64,000 nucleotides of DNA from a bacterium (lineage in GTDB: Bacteria > Chloroflexota > Dormibacteria > Aeolococcales > Bog-877): contig JAJYXT010000036.1 of assembly GCA_021801645.1 (NCBI GenBank), positions 5,396-69,395 of the forward strand, in the 5' to 3' direction. Below, piece after piece: positions 42,603 through 53,401 of this stretch. The stretch's first letter is position 1. Each line of letters begins with the position of its first letter. The notes under the pieces are model-generated. The model made no database searches, was not told the DNA's origin, and worked only from the letters and a program-made list of their open reading frames with translations. The translations under genes and the position numbers were made by a program.

Positions 42603-44069
42603 ATGGCTGGGGAGCGACCTGGGCCCCCACTCTGGCTCCCGCTGGTACGGATCGCCCTCGGCCTGCTCCTCCTGGCCGATGCCGCCCTGGAGTACCAACC
42701 CGGCACCTACCAGGTCTTCGACGGGATCCTGTACTCCAACGCCTCGGTCAGCCCCGAGCCGCTGCGCGCGCTGCTTGTACTCGCGGCGGAGACCGCCTCC
42801 CACAACCCGGCGGTTGCGAACGGGCTGCTGGCCGGGGTGGAGACCCTCATGGGGTTGGCGATCACCGTGGGCAGCTTCGCTGAGCCCGCTCTGGTGGCGG
42901 CCGTCCCCCTGTTCATTCTCATCTGGGTTTTCGGTCAGGGGCTGGGCCTCCCCTTCGCCGGCGGGACCACCGATCTCAACTCAGGGCCCGTCTACACCCT
43001 GCTGTCCCTGGTCCTTTGGCGCAGCGGAAGCTGGGAGCGGCTGAGCCTCTGGGCCTGGACCCACAAAGGGCCGACCGGGTCGGCTCGGCGCCGCATGGAG
43101 GTGGTCGCGGCGGGAGTGGTGGTCGTGGCGGTGTCCGCCGTGACGACCTTCAGCATCGAACAGCAGCTGCGGTCCCCGGGAGTGGCCGGACCCCCTGCCG
43201 TGGGCGGTGCCGTGGTGGTCTTCGATGGCCTGCGCAACCAGGACCTGCTCTTCGGAGGGTGCAACCTGCTCACCTGCTCCAACTCCACCTGGCTGTGGAA
43301 CGGCAGGGGCTGGACTAGGACCGGAAGCCCCTCCGCACCCCCGCCACTGGGATATGCCGGTGGGGCGTACGACGCCAGCTCGAAGCGATTGGTGATCGTG
43401 GGGGGAGCGGGCTCCCAGGGACTGGGACCGGCGCGCCGCTCCACCTGGAGCTGGGACGGAGGATGGCGGAGCCTCCCGCCGGGCACCCTGACGGGGCGTC
43501 GCTTCCCGGCCGTGGCGTACGACCCGCGCACCGGACAGCTCTTGCTCTTCGGGGGCGACACCGCGGAGGGCCGCGCTCTGGGAGATACCTTCCTGTGGTC
43601 CGGAATGGGTTGGCGCCGGCTGAGTCTGGCCACTTCTCCAGCGCCGCGCACCGCAGCGGCCCTGGCCTACGACCCAGAGCTCGGCGAGCTGATCCTCTAC
43701 GGCGGCTCCAGCGGCAGTAGCCGGCTCCAGGACACCTGGGCCTGGACCGGGGTGGGCTGGGTGGAGGTGTCACCCTCCTCCGCTCCCGGCCCCCTGGCCT
43801 ACTCCGCCATGGCGACCGATCCCGCCCTGGGGACCGTCGTGCTCTACACCGGGGCCGGGGCCGCGCGTCGGACCTGGGCGCTGGAGGGCACCAGGTGGGT
43901 GCCGGTCGGCTCCCCCGGGGGCCCCCCGGTCTACTCCTTCGAATCGATGGCGGCGGCTCCATCGGGGAGGGGAGTCCTGCTCTTTGGCGGCGGCACCAGC
44001 TCCGGAGCGGGGTTCAGTGCTGCCACCTGGCTCTTCTCCGGCGGGCGATGGGAGAAGGTGGCCGGCTGA
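42603..44069 (+). CDS. Membrane protein: N-terminal multi-TM domain fused to a six-blade Kelch-type beta-propeller
   Basis: ATG at 42603, 8 nt after the aminotransferase stop. About 5 hydrophobic helices are followed by six repeats of the form (D/S)TW.W.G.GW....S.AP. Confidence 0.75.
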   Translation: MAGERPGPPLWLPLVRIALGLLLLADAALEYQPGTYQVFDGILYSNASVSPEPLRALLVLAAETASHNPAVANGLLAGVETLMGLAITVGSFAEPALVAAVPLFILIWVFGQGLGLPFAGGTTDLNSGPVYTLLSLVLWRSGSWERLSLWAWTHKGPTGSARRRMEVVAAGVVVVAVSAVTTFSIEQQLRSPGVAGPPAVGGAVVVFDGLRNQDLLFGGCNLLTCSNSTWLWNGRGWTRTGSPSAPPPLGYAGGAYDASSKRLVIVGGAGSQGLGPARRSTWSWDGGWRSLPPGTLTGRRFPAVAYDPRTGQLLLFGGDTAEGRALGDTFLWSGMGWRRLSLATSPAPRTAAALAYDPELGELILYGGSSGSSRLQDTWAWTGVGWVEVSPSSAPGPLAYSAMATDPALGTVVLYTGAGAARRTWALEGTRWVPVGSPGGPPVYSFESMAAAPSGRGVLLFGGGTSSGAGFSAATWLFSGGRWEKVAG

Positions 44070-44087
44070 CCTGCGCTGGAAGGGTCG

Positions 44088-45092
44088 CTAGCCCGGCCGG
44101 CTCCGCCCTGCCGTGAACTCGGCGAGCTGCTGCGGCAGACAGTTCCCTCCGCTGAGGATGCATACCGTGCCCGCTCCCGCCGGGATCTCCGGACGCCCCC
44201 GCAGGAGGGCGGCCACGGCCAGGGCTCCGGTGGGCTCCACCACTAGCTTGAGGCGGGTGAACAGCCAGTAGGCGGCCTCGGCCAGCTCGGCCTCGCTGAC
44301 CGTCAGGACGCCCCCGGCCTGGGCCCGGATCACCTCCCAGCAGCGCTGGCCCAGGTGCAGCGTGCGAGCCCCATCCGCCGCGGTCTGGGGCACCTCGGCC
44401 AAGGTCACCAGTTCGCCGGAGTGGAAGGAGCGGGCACCATCGTCGGCGGTCTCCGGCTCGACCCCTAGGACTGCAACCCCCGGAAGCCGCATCGCCGCAC
44501 CCAGGCAGAGCCCGGCCAGGAGCCCACCGCCCCCCAGGGGGGCGAGGATCGCCTGCGGCTCGGCACCGATCTCGGCCAACTGCTCCGCCAGCTCCATCGC
44601 CACGGTGGACTGGCCGGCCATCACCAGGGGATCGTTGTGGGGGTGGATCAGCCGCAGCCCATCCCGGGCCGCGATGTCGGCGGCCACCTGGTCCCGATTT
44701 TGCCCGGTCACACCGTCGCTGACGACCCGGGCACCGTAGGCGCGGACCGCGGTGACCTTCACCGGAGAGCTGTTCTCGGGCATGACGACCGTAGCCGACA
44801 GGCCAAGTTCGCCGGCGGCCATGGCAACAGCCTGGCCGTGATTGCCTGAGGAGACGGCCAGCACGCCGCGCCTGTCTCCGGCCTCCAATCCGGCCAGCAC
44901 GGCATTGAATGCCCCCCTGGCCTTGAATGATCCCGAACGCTGCAGGCTCTCGGCCTTGAGCCAGACCGGGCGCCCCACCCTCTCGTCCAGCAGCCGGGAG
45001 CGAAACAGGGGGGTCCGGTGGACCCGGGCCTCCAGTCGGCGGCTCGCAGCCTCAAGGTCGTCGGGCGCGAGCGGCCAGGGAGGGAGGTCCAC
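44088..45092 (-). CDS. PLP-dependent threonine/serine dehydratase
   Basis: RTPLFRSRLLDERVGRPVWLKAESLQRSGSFKARGAFN (PLP lysine), SSGNHGQA and PLGGGGLLAG. The start is uncertain: GTG at 45092 gives 334 aa, while the track start at 45338 would overlap the divergent gene. Confidence 0.85.
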   Translation of the reverse strand: MDLPPWPLAPDDLEAASRRLEARVHRTPLFRSRLLDERVGRPVWLKAESLQRSGSFKARGAFNAVLAGLEAGDRRGVLAVSSGNHGQAVAMAAGELGLSATVVMPENSSPVKVTAVRAYGARVVSDGVTGQNRDQVAADIAARDGLRLIHPHNDPLVMAGQSTVAMELAEQLAEIGAEPQAILAPLGGGGLLAGLCLGAAMRLPGVAVLGVEPETADDGARSFHSGELVTLAEVPQTAADGARTLHLGQRCWEVIRAQAGGVLTVSEAELAEAAYWLFTRLKLVVEPTGALAVAALLRGRPEIPAGAGTVCILSGGNCLPQQLAEFTAGRSRPG

Positions 45093-45208
45093 GAGGGGAG
45101 CATAGTCAGCTTCGCCCCCTGGTCGCGGGCAGACACCGCTCCGTCTTCGTACGCTAAGAGGGGCGTCGGGCGTAGGAGGCAGTTGGATCGGGGAGGAGCG
45201 CGCAGCCC

Positions 45209-46180
45209 ATGAGCCTGGAGGACGGTGGCCGGCAGCGCGGGCGCCGTCGGCTGGGAACATGGATCGCCGGCGCGGTGGGGCTCGCCGGGGTGGCCGCCCT
45301 GATCCTGGTGATCGACCCCAGCAAAGTGGGCAGCTCACTGGAGCATTTCGACCTGGCCCTGATCCCGGCCATCATCGCCTGCTCGGTGGCCTACTACACC
45401 CTTCAGGGGGTGCGCTGGCAGTTCCTTCTGCGGGACGTCGGCGTGCACCTCGGCTGGGGCGAAACGGTGTCCATCAACCTCGCCGGCCAGGTCACGACGC
45501 TGCTGCCGCTGGGGGAGCTGACCCGGGTGGTGCTGGCCGCGCGCCAGGCCCGTGCGCCCTTCAGCGACGTCCTGGCCACGGTCACGGTCCAGGAGTTGAT
45601 CTATGGGCTGCTCCTAGTGGTTGTCGCCGTGCCGGGGCTATTCGAGTTCCACGTCAATCCGGCCATCCCGATCGTCGCGGTGGTGGTGGCGGGATTGGCC
45701 CTGGCCGTTCTCACTGTGCCCCCGCTGTTTCACCTACTACACGCTATCGGGGAGCGGGTCCTGGGGGTTCGCCGGCTCCTCGATCCCCTGGACGAGCTGC
45801 ACGCCGAGACCGTGGAGCTGCTCCACCGGCCCGACACCCTGGGCTGGTCCTTCATCGGTCTGGCCCAGGTGGTGGCGATGAGCACGGTCTTTTGGCTCGT
45901 GCTCAGCGCCCTGGCTCCCGGGCGGCTCAGCTGGCCGGAGGCCGCATCGGTGTACGCGGTGGCAAGCATCGGCGGGGCGATCAGCCTGATCCCCGGAGGG
46001 CTGGGGGCCTCCGAGGCCACCTTCGCCGGCATCTTGATCGTAGCTGGCCTACCTCCGGCGCCCGCCACGGCTGTGGCCCTGATGCAGCGGGTGGCCGACC
46101 AGGGTGTGGCCACCGCGGCCGGCCTGATCGCCTATGCATACGCCCGGCGCCGCTACCGGCTGCGCCGGCTCTTCGGCTGA
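45209..46180 (+). CDS. UPF0104/lysylphosphatidylglycerol-synthase-TM (flippase-like) domain membrane protein
   Basis: 323-aa polytopic ORF with the LQGVRWQFLLRDVG motif and C-terminal PGGLGASEA. Confidence 0.75.
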   Translation: MSLEDGGRQRGRRRLGTWIAGAVGLAGVAALILVIDPSKVGSSLEHFDLALIPAIIACSVAYYTLQGVRWQFLLRDVGVHLGWGETVSINLAGQVTTLLPLGELTRVVLAARQARAPFSDVLATVTVQELIYGLLLVVVAVPGLFEFHVNPAIPIVAVVVAGLALAVLTVPPLFHLLHAIGERVLGVRRLLDPLDELHAETVELLHRPDTLGWSFIGLAQVVAMSTVFWLVLSALAPGRLSWPEAASVYAVASIGGAISLIPGGLGASEATFAGILIVAGLPPAPATAVALMQRVADQGVATAAGLIAYAYARRRYRLRRLFG

Positions 46181-46207
46181 CCCGTCGGGGTCGGAGGCAG
46201 GGTGCAG

Positions 46208-47554
<1,347 letters not shown>

Positions 47555-47626
47555 CTATGATCCCATCGGCACCATCCGGGCTGCCCCCTGGATTACACCT
47601 GGCCGGGCGAGCGGAGTCCCACCCCC

Positions 47627-48718
47627 TCAGGCGTCGTAGTCGAGCACGATCGTGTCGGTGAGGGGGTGAGCCTGGCAGGTCAGCACGTAGCCGTTCGCCC
47701 GATCGCTGGCGTCCAGCGCGTAGGTGTGGTCCATCACGACCCGGCCCTCGAGCAGGCGCGCGCGGCAGGTGGCACAGACACCTCCCTTGCACGAGAAGGG
47801 GGCATCCTCACGGACGGCTGCCAGCCCGTCGACGAGAGCTAGGTCGCGGCGGGTGCTGAAGGTAGTCTCGCGCCCGTTGAGGCGCGCCCGAACGGTCACC
47901 TCGCCTGGGCGGGCGAGCTCAACGGCCTCGGCGGCGGAGCGAACGGGAGGCTCATCCTCGACGAAGAAGAGCTCCCGCCGCACCTTCTCCAGGGCGATCC
48001 CGACCTCACCAAGGACCTGCTGGGCACTCCCGACCATTCCCAGAGGTCCGCAGAGGTACCAGGTGGAGACGGACTCCGGCCTGCCGATCTCCTTGATCAG
48101 GCCTCTGAGCCTGGCGGGGTCGAGCCTCCCATTGTGGGCCGCCACCGTCTGGGGTTCCCGGGAGAAGAGGTGGAACAGCTGCACCCGCGCCGGCCAGCGG
48201 TCCTTCAGTTCCGCGAGCTCGTCCAGAAACATGGTCGATCCCACCGAGCGATTCGAGTAAAGGACCGTGAACTCGGCAGCCGGGTCGGTCCGCAATGCGG
48301 TGGCCACCAGGGAGAGCACTGGGGTGATCCCGGACCCAGCCGCCAGCGCCACCAACCGTCCGAGCGGCTGCCCCTGGGCCAGGGTGAACGAGCCGGCCGG
48401 GGGCATCACATCCACCAGGTCGCCCACCCGAAGGTGGTCATGGATGTGGGTGGATACCACGCCCCCGGACAGCCTTCTCACTCCGACCCTGAGCGGACCC
48501 TGAGGGGCGGGGCTGCAGATGGAGTAGGAGCGGCGCTGCTCCCCGTCTGCCAGTTCAAAGCGCAGAGTCAGGTGTTGCCCGGCCCGGAACTGGAAGACCT
48601 CCCTCAGCTCCGCGGGAGTCTCGAAGGTCACGGCTACGGCATCATCCGCCACCCGCTGGATCCCCGAGACCGCCAGCTGGTGGAAGTTGCCCCGGGCCCC
48701 ACCCCGGGCCAGCTCCAT
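47627..48718 (-). CDS. paaE: Phenylacetyl-CoA epoxidase reductase subunit (FNR-like plus plant-type 2Fe-2S)
   Basis: FHQLAVSGIQRV, RSYSICS, GSGITP, and C-terminal CKGGVCATCRARLLEG. ATG at 48718 lies 8 nt after the paaD stop; GTG at 48766 is an alternative. Confidence 0.88.
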   Translation of the reverse strand: MELARGGARGNFHQLAVSGIQRVADDAVAVTFETPAELREVFQFRAGQHLTLRFELADGEQRRSYSICSPAPQGPLRVGVRRLSGGVVSTHIHDHLRVGDLVDVMPPAGSFTLAQGQPLGRLVALAAGSGITPVLSLVATALRTDPAAEFTVLYSNRSVGSTMFLDELAELKDRWPARVQLFHLFSREPQTVAAHNGRLDPARLRGLIKEIGRPESVSTWYLCGPLGMVGSAQQVLGEVGIALEKVRRELFFVEDEPPVRSAAEAVELARPGEVTVRARLNGRETTFSTRRDLALVDGLAAVREDAPFSCKGGVCATCRARLLEGRVVMDHTYALDASDRANGYVLTCQAHPLTDTIVLDYDA

Positions 48719-48726
48719 GGGGGCTA

Positions 48727-49206
48727 TCACCGCAGGGCCTTGAAGTGTTCGAAGGGCTCGCCGCACTCGTGGCAGCGCCAGAGCGACTTACAGGCGGTGG
48801 CGCCGAAGTGGCTGAGCTCTCCGGTCCGGAGCGACCCACAGTGCGGGCACTTGAGGGTGAGCGCCACGGGAGCCCTGTCCACGGGTGGGGGAGGGGCTAT
48901 GTCCATGGCCTCCAGCTTTTCCCGGGCGTGAGGTCCGAGCCGGTCCGTGCTCCAGGCGGGGGACAGCTCGGTGTCCACCTGAACCACCGGGAATCCCGCC
49001 GCCATCAGGGTGCGGCGCACCTCGTCGGCCATGTGGTGGACGGCGGGGCATCCTGAGTACGTGGGAGTCAGCACCACCCGGACGGCGCCCTCCAGGTTCA
49101 CCTCCACCCGTCGGAGGATTCCTAGGTCCCCCAGCGTGAGGAAGGGGAGCTCAGGATCCGGCACTTCGGCGGCCAGCCGCCGGGCCAACTCCTCACCAGC
49201 TGGCAT
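48727..49206 (-). CDS. paaD: Phenylacetyl-CoA epoxidase subunit PaaD
   Basis: ATG at 49206 within ORF 48727..49584. Sequences VPDPELPFLTLGDLGILR, TPTYSGCPAVHHM, and a C-terminal CPHCGS...CHECGEPF. Confidence 0.85.
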   Translation of the reverse strand: MPAGEELARRLAAEVPDPELPFLTLGDLGILRRVEVNLEGAVRVVLTPTYSGCPAVHHMADEVRRTLMAAGFPVVQVDTELSPAWSTDRLGPHAREKLEAMDIAPPPPVDRAPVALTLKCPHCGSLRTGELSHFGATACKSLWRCHECGEPFEHFKALR

Positions 49207-49963
49207 TGGGGTGGGAGCGGTGCAGGTGCTGCATCTCCGCGAGGAGGTGGCCGAGGTGCTCGGAATGTCGCCCGAGGCGGCCCCCGGACTGCCAGGCCGG
49301 GAACCCCGGGATCTCAAGGTCCGAGTCCGCCAGCAGAGACTCGATCGAGTGCCGCCACGGCTCCTCGAGCGAGGAGAGCGGCGGCACCGCGCCCTGGTCA
49401 GCGGCGCGGGACCAGGACTCGGTGGGCTCGAAGAGCTCTCGGGTGTAGGGCCAGAGCAGGTCCAGCGCTCGGCACATCCTCCGGTGGCTCTCCTCGGTAC
49501 CACCACCCAGCCGTTGGACCCAGAGGCGGGCGTGCTCAACGTGGTACCTCGCCTCCATGACCCCCTTGGCGGCGATGGCAGCAAGCCGCGGCTCCGTCCC
49601 GGCGGCCATCCCCCGGTACAGAAGCTCCTGGAAGGTGGAGAAGAGCAGCTGACGGGTCATGGTCACGGCGAAGTCCCCGTTGGGCTGCTCCACTAGGAGC
49701 AGATTGTGGAAGTCGCGGTCATCCCGCCAGTAGGCGAGGTGGTCCTCGTCTCTACCGTCTGCCTCGCCGGCCAGGGTCAAGAGGGACCGCGCCTGTCCCA
49801 GGAGGTCCAGGGCGAGGTTGGCGAGGGCCATCTCCTCCTCCAGCTCGGGCGCATGGGTGGTCCACTCGGCCAGCCGGTGGGACAGGACCAGGCAATCGTC
49901 GCCAAGCCCAAGCGCCACCTCCCGAAGGTCGACCACCCAGAGCCCGGCCACCCCTGCGGTCAA
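49193..49963 (-). CDS. paaC: Phenylacetyl-CoA epoxidase subunit PaaC
   Basis: LGLGDDCLVLSHRLAEW and EEEMALANLALDLLGQAR. The TTG start overlaps the paaB TGA (TTGA). Confidence 0.85.
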   Translation of the reverse strand: MTAGVAGLWVVDLREVALGLGDDCLVLSHRLAEWTTHAPELEEEMALANLALDLLGQARSLLTLAGEADGRDEDHLAYWRDDRDFHNLLLVEQPNGDFAVTMTRQLLFSTFQELLYRGMAAGTEPRLAAIAAKGVMEARYHVEHARLWVQRLGGGTEESHRRMCRALDLLWPYTRELFEPTESWSRAADQGAVPPLSSLEEPWRHSIESLLADSDLEIPGFPAWQSGGRLGRHSEHLGHLLAEMQHLHRSHPNASW

Positions 49964-50247
49964 AGCTGGAGGTCCTCGGGCACCGAGTAGAAGGTTGGGT
50001 GGCGGTAGGCCTTGTCGGAGGGTGGATCGAATAGCGGACCCTGATCGTCCGGGTCCGAGGCGTGCACCTCGGTGGAGCGGACAACCCAGATGGAGACGCC
50101 CTCACCCCTCCGGGTGTAGAGATCACGGGCGTTCTGCAGAGCCAGTTCCGGATCCGGAGCATGCAGGGACCCCACATGTTGGTGGGAGAGCCCACGCCGC
50201 CCCCTGAGGAACACCTCCCAGAGGGGCCAGTCCTCGGCGTGGCTCAC
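49960..50247 (-). CDS. paaB: Phenylacetyl-CoA epoxidase subunit PaaB
   Basis: [53 protein letters not shown] at 50247 overlaps the paaA TGA (GTGA) and gives the family-typical 95 aa. ATG at 50283 is an alternative. Confidence 0.85.
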   Translation of the reverse strand: MSHAEDWPLWEVFLRGRRGLSHQHVGSLHAPDPELALQNARDLYTRRGEGVSIWVVRSTEVHASDPDDQGPLFDPPSDKAYRHPTFYSVPEDLQL

Positions 50248-51197
50248 GCTGCGGAAGTCCGGCTGCTCTGCCGGCCCTCCCATGCTCTGGCCGCCTCGCG
50301 GACCCAGGCACCATCCTCGTCGGCCGCCCGGCGAACCGCGATCCGTTGCGCGTTGCAGGCCCCGTGGCCAGAAACCACCTGGCGAAACTCCTCCCAATCG
50401 ATGGGTCCGAAGTCGTAGTGGTCGCGAGCGTCGTTCCAGCGCAGTTGCGGGTCGGGCAGATCCAGGGCGAGCGCCTGGGCCTGGGGGACTGTCATGTCCA
50501 CGAAGCGCTGGCGCAGGTCGTCGTTGCTGACGCGCTTGATCTTCCAGGCCATCGACTGTGCCGTGTTGGGCGATTCGGTGTCCGGTGGCCCGAACATCAT
50601 GAGTGCCGGCCACCACCAGCGATTGACCGCATCCTGGGCCATCTCGTGCTGCGCCGCAGTGCCGCGGGACAGCTCGGACAGCAACTCGAAGCCCTGGCGC
50701 TGGTGGAAGGACTCCTCTCGGCAGATCCGCACCATGGCCCGGGCGTACGGCCCGTAGGAGGTCTTGGTGAGGGCGAGCTGGTTGGTGATGGCAGCACCAT
50801 CGACCAGCCAGCCGATCGCTCCCACGTCGGCCCAGGTCAGGGTCGGGTAGTTGAAGATGCTGGAATACTTCTGCCGACCGGTGATGAGAAGTTCGGTCAG
50901 CTCACGGCGCTCCACTCCCAGGGTCTCGGCGGCTGCGTACAGGTAGAGACCGTGACCCGCCTCGTCCTGGACCTTGGCCAGGAGGATGGCCTTGCGCCGC
51001 AGGGAGGGGGCGCGGGTGATCCAATTACCCTCGGGCTGCATCCCGATGATCTCGGAGTGGGCGTGCTGGGCGATCTGGCGGACCATGGTGCTCCGGTACC
51101 GCTCAGGCATCCAGTCGCGGGGCTCCACCGTGCGGTCCGCGTCGATGGCTTCCTGGAAGGCTAGGTCCCGGCTTTCGTCGGAGTTGGTGGGGGGCAT
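50244..51197 (-). CDS. paaA: Phenylacetyl-CoA epoxidase catalytic subunit PaaA
   Basis: ATG at 51197 preceded by AAGGAG. Di-iron motifs [12 protein letters not shown] and [13 protein letters not shown]. Confidence 0.92.
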   Translation of the reverse strand: MPPTNSDESRDLAFQEAIDADRTVEPRDWMPERYRSTMVRQIAQHAHSEIIGMQPEGNWITRAPSLRRKAILLAKVQDEAGHGLYLYAAAETLGVERRELTELLITGRQKYSSIFNYPTLTWADVGAIGWLVDGAAITNQLALTKTSYGPYARAMVRICREESFHQRQGFELLSELSRGTAAQHEMAQDAVNRWWWPALMMFGPPDTESPNTAQSMAWKIKRVSNDDLRQRFVDMTVPQAQALALDLPDPQLRWNDARDHYDFGPIDWEEFRQVVSGHGACNAQRIAVRRAADEDGAWVREAARAWEGRQSSRTSAA

Positions 51198-51213
51198 GGC
51201 TGCTCCTTTCCCG

Positions 51214-51227
51214 ACCGGTCGTTCGGT
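51214..51227. promoter_or_regulatory. Imperfect palindrome ACCGGTCGTTCGGT in the paaA / TetR divergent spacer (candidate PaaR operator)
   Basis: Seen directly. It fits the pattern ACCG-NN-CG-NN-CGGT, which I recall for PaaR-type operators from memory only, not verified. Further ACCG repeats (GGACCGGACCG) lie 10 nt downstream. Confidence 0.4.
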
Positions 51228-51253
51228 TCCCATTTTGGACCGGACCGCAGCCG

Positions 51254-51928
51254 GTGTCAATTTGCGGCCCCATACTTGGCGACGTGGCTGACCGAGTTCG
51301 GGGTGCCGCGAACAAGCGGCCGCGGTATGACCCGGACCGCCTGCTAGAGGTGGCGGTCCAGCAGTTCATCCTGCGCGGCTACGAAGCGACCAGCATGGCC
51401 CAGCTGGGCAAGGCGGCGGGATTGGGCAAGTCCTCCATCTACCACCACTTCGCCAGCAAGGAGGCCATCCTGCATCGGGCCCTGAGCCGAGCCCTTGATG
51501 CCCTCTTCGCGGTCCTCGAGGAGGAGCAGGCGCGCCTGGGTCCGCCTCCCGCTCGTTTGGAGCACCTGCTGCGGCGGACCGTCGAGGTGCTGGTCGACGA
51601 ATTGCCGTACGTCACGCTGCTGCTTCGGGTGCGCGGGAACTCGCGGACGGAGCTCTGGGCGCTGGAGCGCCGCCGCCACTTCGACCGGGAGGTGGCGGAG
51701 CTGGTGGCGGCGACGGCCAGTACCGGAGGGCTCCGCCAGGGTCTGGAGCCGGGTCTGGGCGCCCGGCTCCTCCTCGGGATGGTGAACTCCATCAGCGAGT
51801 GGTATCGGCCCGGGGGGCCCCTGTCGGCAGCTGACCTGGCCCGCATGGCGGCCTCGGTGGGCCTGCACGGCATCTCCGGGGCGGCACGTGCCGGCGCCGC
51901 CGGGGCCCGCGGCGCGAAGATCGACTGA
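51254..51928 (+). CDS. TetR-family regulator, divergent from paaABCDE (PaaR-like)
   Basis: [50 protein letters not shown] starts at 51254 or 51284. Confidence 0.85.
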   Translation: MSICGPILGDVADRVRGAANKRPRYDPDRLLEVAVQQFILRGYEATSMAQLGKAAGLGKSSIYHHFASKEAILHRALSRALDALFAVLEEEQARLGPPPARLEHLLRRTVEVLVDELPYVTLLLRVRGNSRTELWALERRRHFDREVAELVAATASTGGLRQGLEPGLGARLLLGMVNSISEWYRPGGPLSAADLARMAASVGLHGISGAARAGAAGARGAKID

Positions 51929-52602
51929 TGGCCGACTGGGTGCATGTGTGCCGCCACCCCACCGTGGCCGATCGCCTCGGCCACCTGCGGGCAGAGGGTA
52001 CCCCCCGCTCCCGGTTCCAGGAGCTGGTCGCCGAGGTGGCCGGGTTCCTCGCCTTCGAGGCGCTTGGTGATCTGGAGACTGGGCCAGTCACCGTCCGCAC
52101 CCCCGTGGGGGAGGGGGAGTGCCTGGAAATCGTGGAGGCCCCGCTCCTCGTGCCCATCCTCAGAGCCGGTCTCGGGATGGTGCCGGGTATCCAGTTTGTG
52201 GCCCCCACCTGTGATGTCGCGCACCTGGGGTTGAAGCGGGACGAGTCGACTCTGGCCGCTGTCTGCTACCTCGATGGGCTCCCGGCCGATCTGTCGGGCC
52301 GGCGGGTCGTGGTCTGCGACCCCATGCTGGCCACCGGGGGCTCGCTCGTCGAAGCGGTTCGATTCGTGGAGAAGCGGCGGGCGGCTCGGGTCCAGGTCCT
52401 TAGCCTGGTGGCCAGCCGACCGGGCCTGGAGCGCTTCCACGCTGAGGCCCCGGAGGTGGAGGTGTGGTGCGCCGCCGTGGACCCCAACCTGGACGCACGT
52501 GGGTACATCGTCCCGGGGCTGGGGGATGCCGGAGACCGCCTATTCGGCCCTCCCGGAGATGGTCTGACGTCCAGAGTCCGCACCCCTCAGCTGGACGCCT
52601 GA
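51928..52602 (+). CDS. upp: Uracil phosphoribosyltransferase
   Basis: VLVPILRAGLGM, VVVCDPMLATGGS and GYIVPGLGDAGDRLFG. The ATG overlaps the upstream TGA. Confidence 0.92.
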   Translation: MADWVHVCRHPTVADRLGHLRAEGTPRSRFQELVAEVAGFLAFEALGDLETGPVTVRTPVGEGECLEIVEAPLLVPILRAGLGMVPGIQFVAPTCDVAHLGLKRDESTLAAVCYLDGLPADLSGRRVVVCDPMLATGGSLVEAVRFVEKRRAARVQVLSLVASRPGLERFHAEAPEVEVWCAAVDPNLDARGYIVPGLGDAGDRLFGPPGDGLTSRVRTPQLDA

Positions 52603-52672
52603 GCGGCTCGTCAAGCGGGGTGCGCAGCGGCATCTGGGATGCCCCCGCCTCCCCAGCCGGCGCGGCCCGGTC

Positions 52673-53320
52673 CTACCTCCGCGTCACCCCGTCCAGCACC
52701 AGCGAGCTCACGGCACGCGCTGCGGCACCCGGCGCGTAGCGCCCGGACACGAGGTGGGGCCGCATTGCTCCCAAAAGGCCGAGGATCAGGGAAGCGTGAA
52801 CCTCGGGGTCCAGTTCCGCACGGAACTGCCCCATTCTCTGCCCGGTGCGCAGGCAGTCGGAGACCAGCTCCATGAGTGGGGACATCCGCTCGGCGACGGC
52901 TCTGGCGGTGACCGGGGCGACCGCCAGCGTGCCGAGCTGCTCCAGCCCCAGACGGTGGTCGCGGCTGGCGAAGTAGTCGGTCAGCTGGGCAATGATGAGG
53001 GCCAGCCGAGCTCGTGGGTCCGGCTCCTCGCCGGCCAACTGCGCGACCCGCGAGACGAAACGGTCCACCTGCAGCTCCACCCAGGCCAGCAACACATGGT
53101 CCAAGTCGGGGAAGTAGTGGTAGAGAGTGGCTCGCGACACTCCGGCGCGTTCCGCCAGGGAGGACATGGTGACGTGAGCCAGTCCGTGCTCGCCGATCAG
53201 CTCCATGGCCGTGGCGGCGATCCGCTCCCGGTTGCGGGAGCGATGGCGGGACAAGGTCGCATCCCACTCGCCTTCCGCTCCCGGGCGGCCTGATGGGCTG
53301 GGCGGGTCCTCGTTAGACAC
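52673..53320 (-). CDS. TetR-family transcriptional regulator
   Basis: 215 aa with HTH IAATAMELIGEHGLAHVTMSSLAERAGVSRATLYHYFPDLDHVL. Divergent from the MMPL gene. Confidence 0.88.
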   Translation of the reverse strand: MSNEDPPSPSGRPGAEGEWDATLSRHRSRNRERIAATAMELIGEHGLAHVTMSSLAERAGVSRATLYHYFPDLDHVLLAWVELQVDRFVSRVAQLAGEEPDPRARLALIIAQLTDYFASRDHRLGLEQLGTLAVAPVTARAVAERMSPLMELVSDCLRTGQRMGQFRAELDPEVHASLILGLLGAMRPHLVSGRYAPGAAARAVSSLVLDGVTRR

Positions 53321-53343
53321 TCTGATGCACTATAGACACTCTG
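53314..53343. promoter_or_regulatory. Two exact 11-bp direct repeats TAGACACTCTG (8-bp spacer) in the TetR/MMPL divergent region; candidate operator
   Basis: The copies are at 53314..53324 and 53333..53343. A near-inverted copy, AGTGTCCA, sits at 53393..53400 directly before the MMPL ATG. This is an AT-rich patch. Confidence 0.45.
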
Positions 53344-53401
53344 TATACTTTATGTGAATCGTCGTAGGCCGCGTGGGTCCGAGGCTACGGGAAGTGTCCA
53401 T

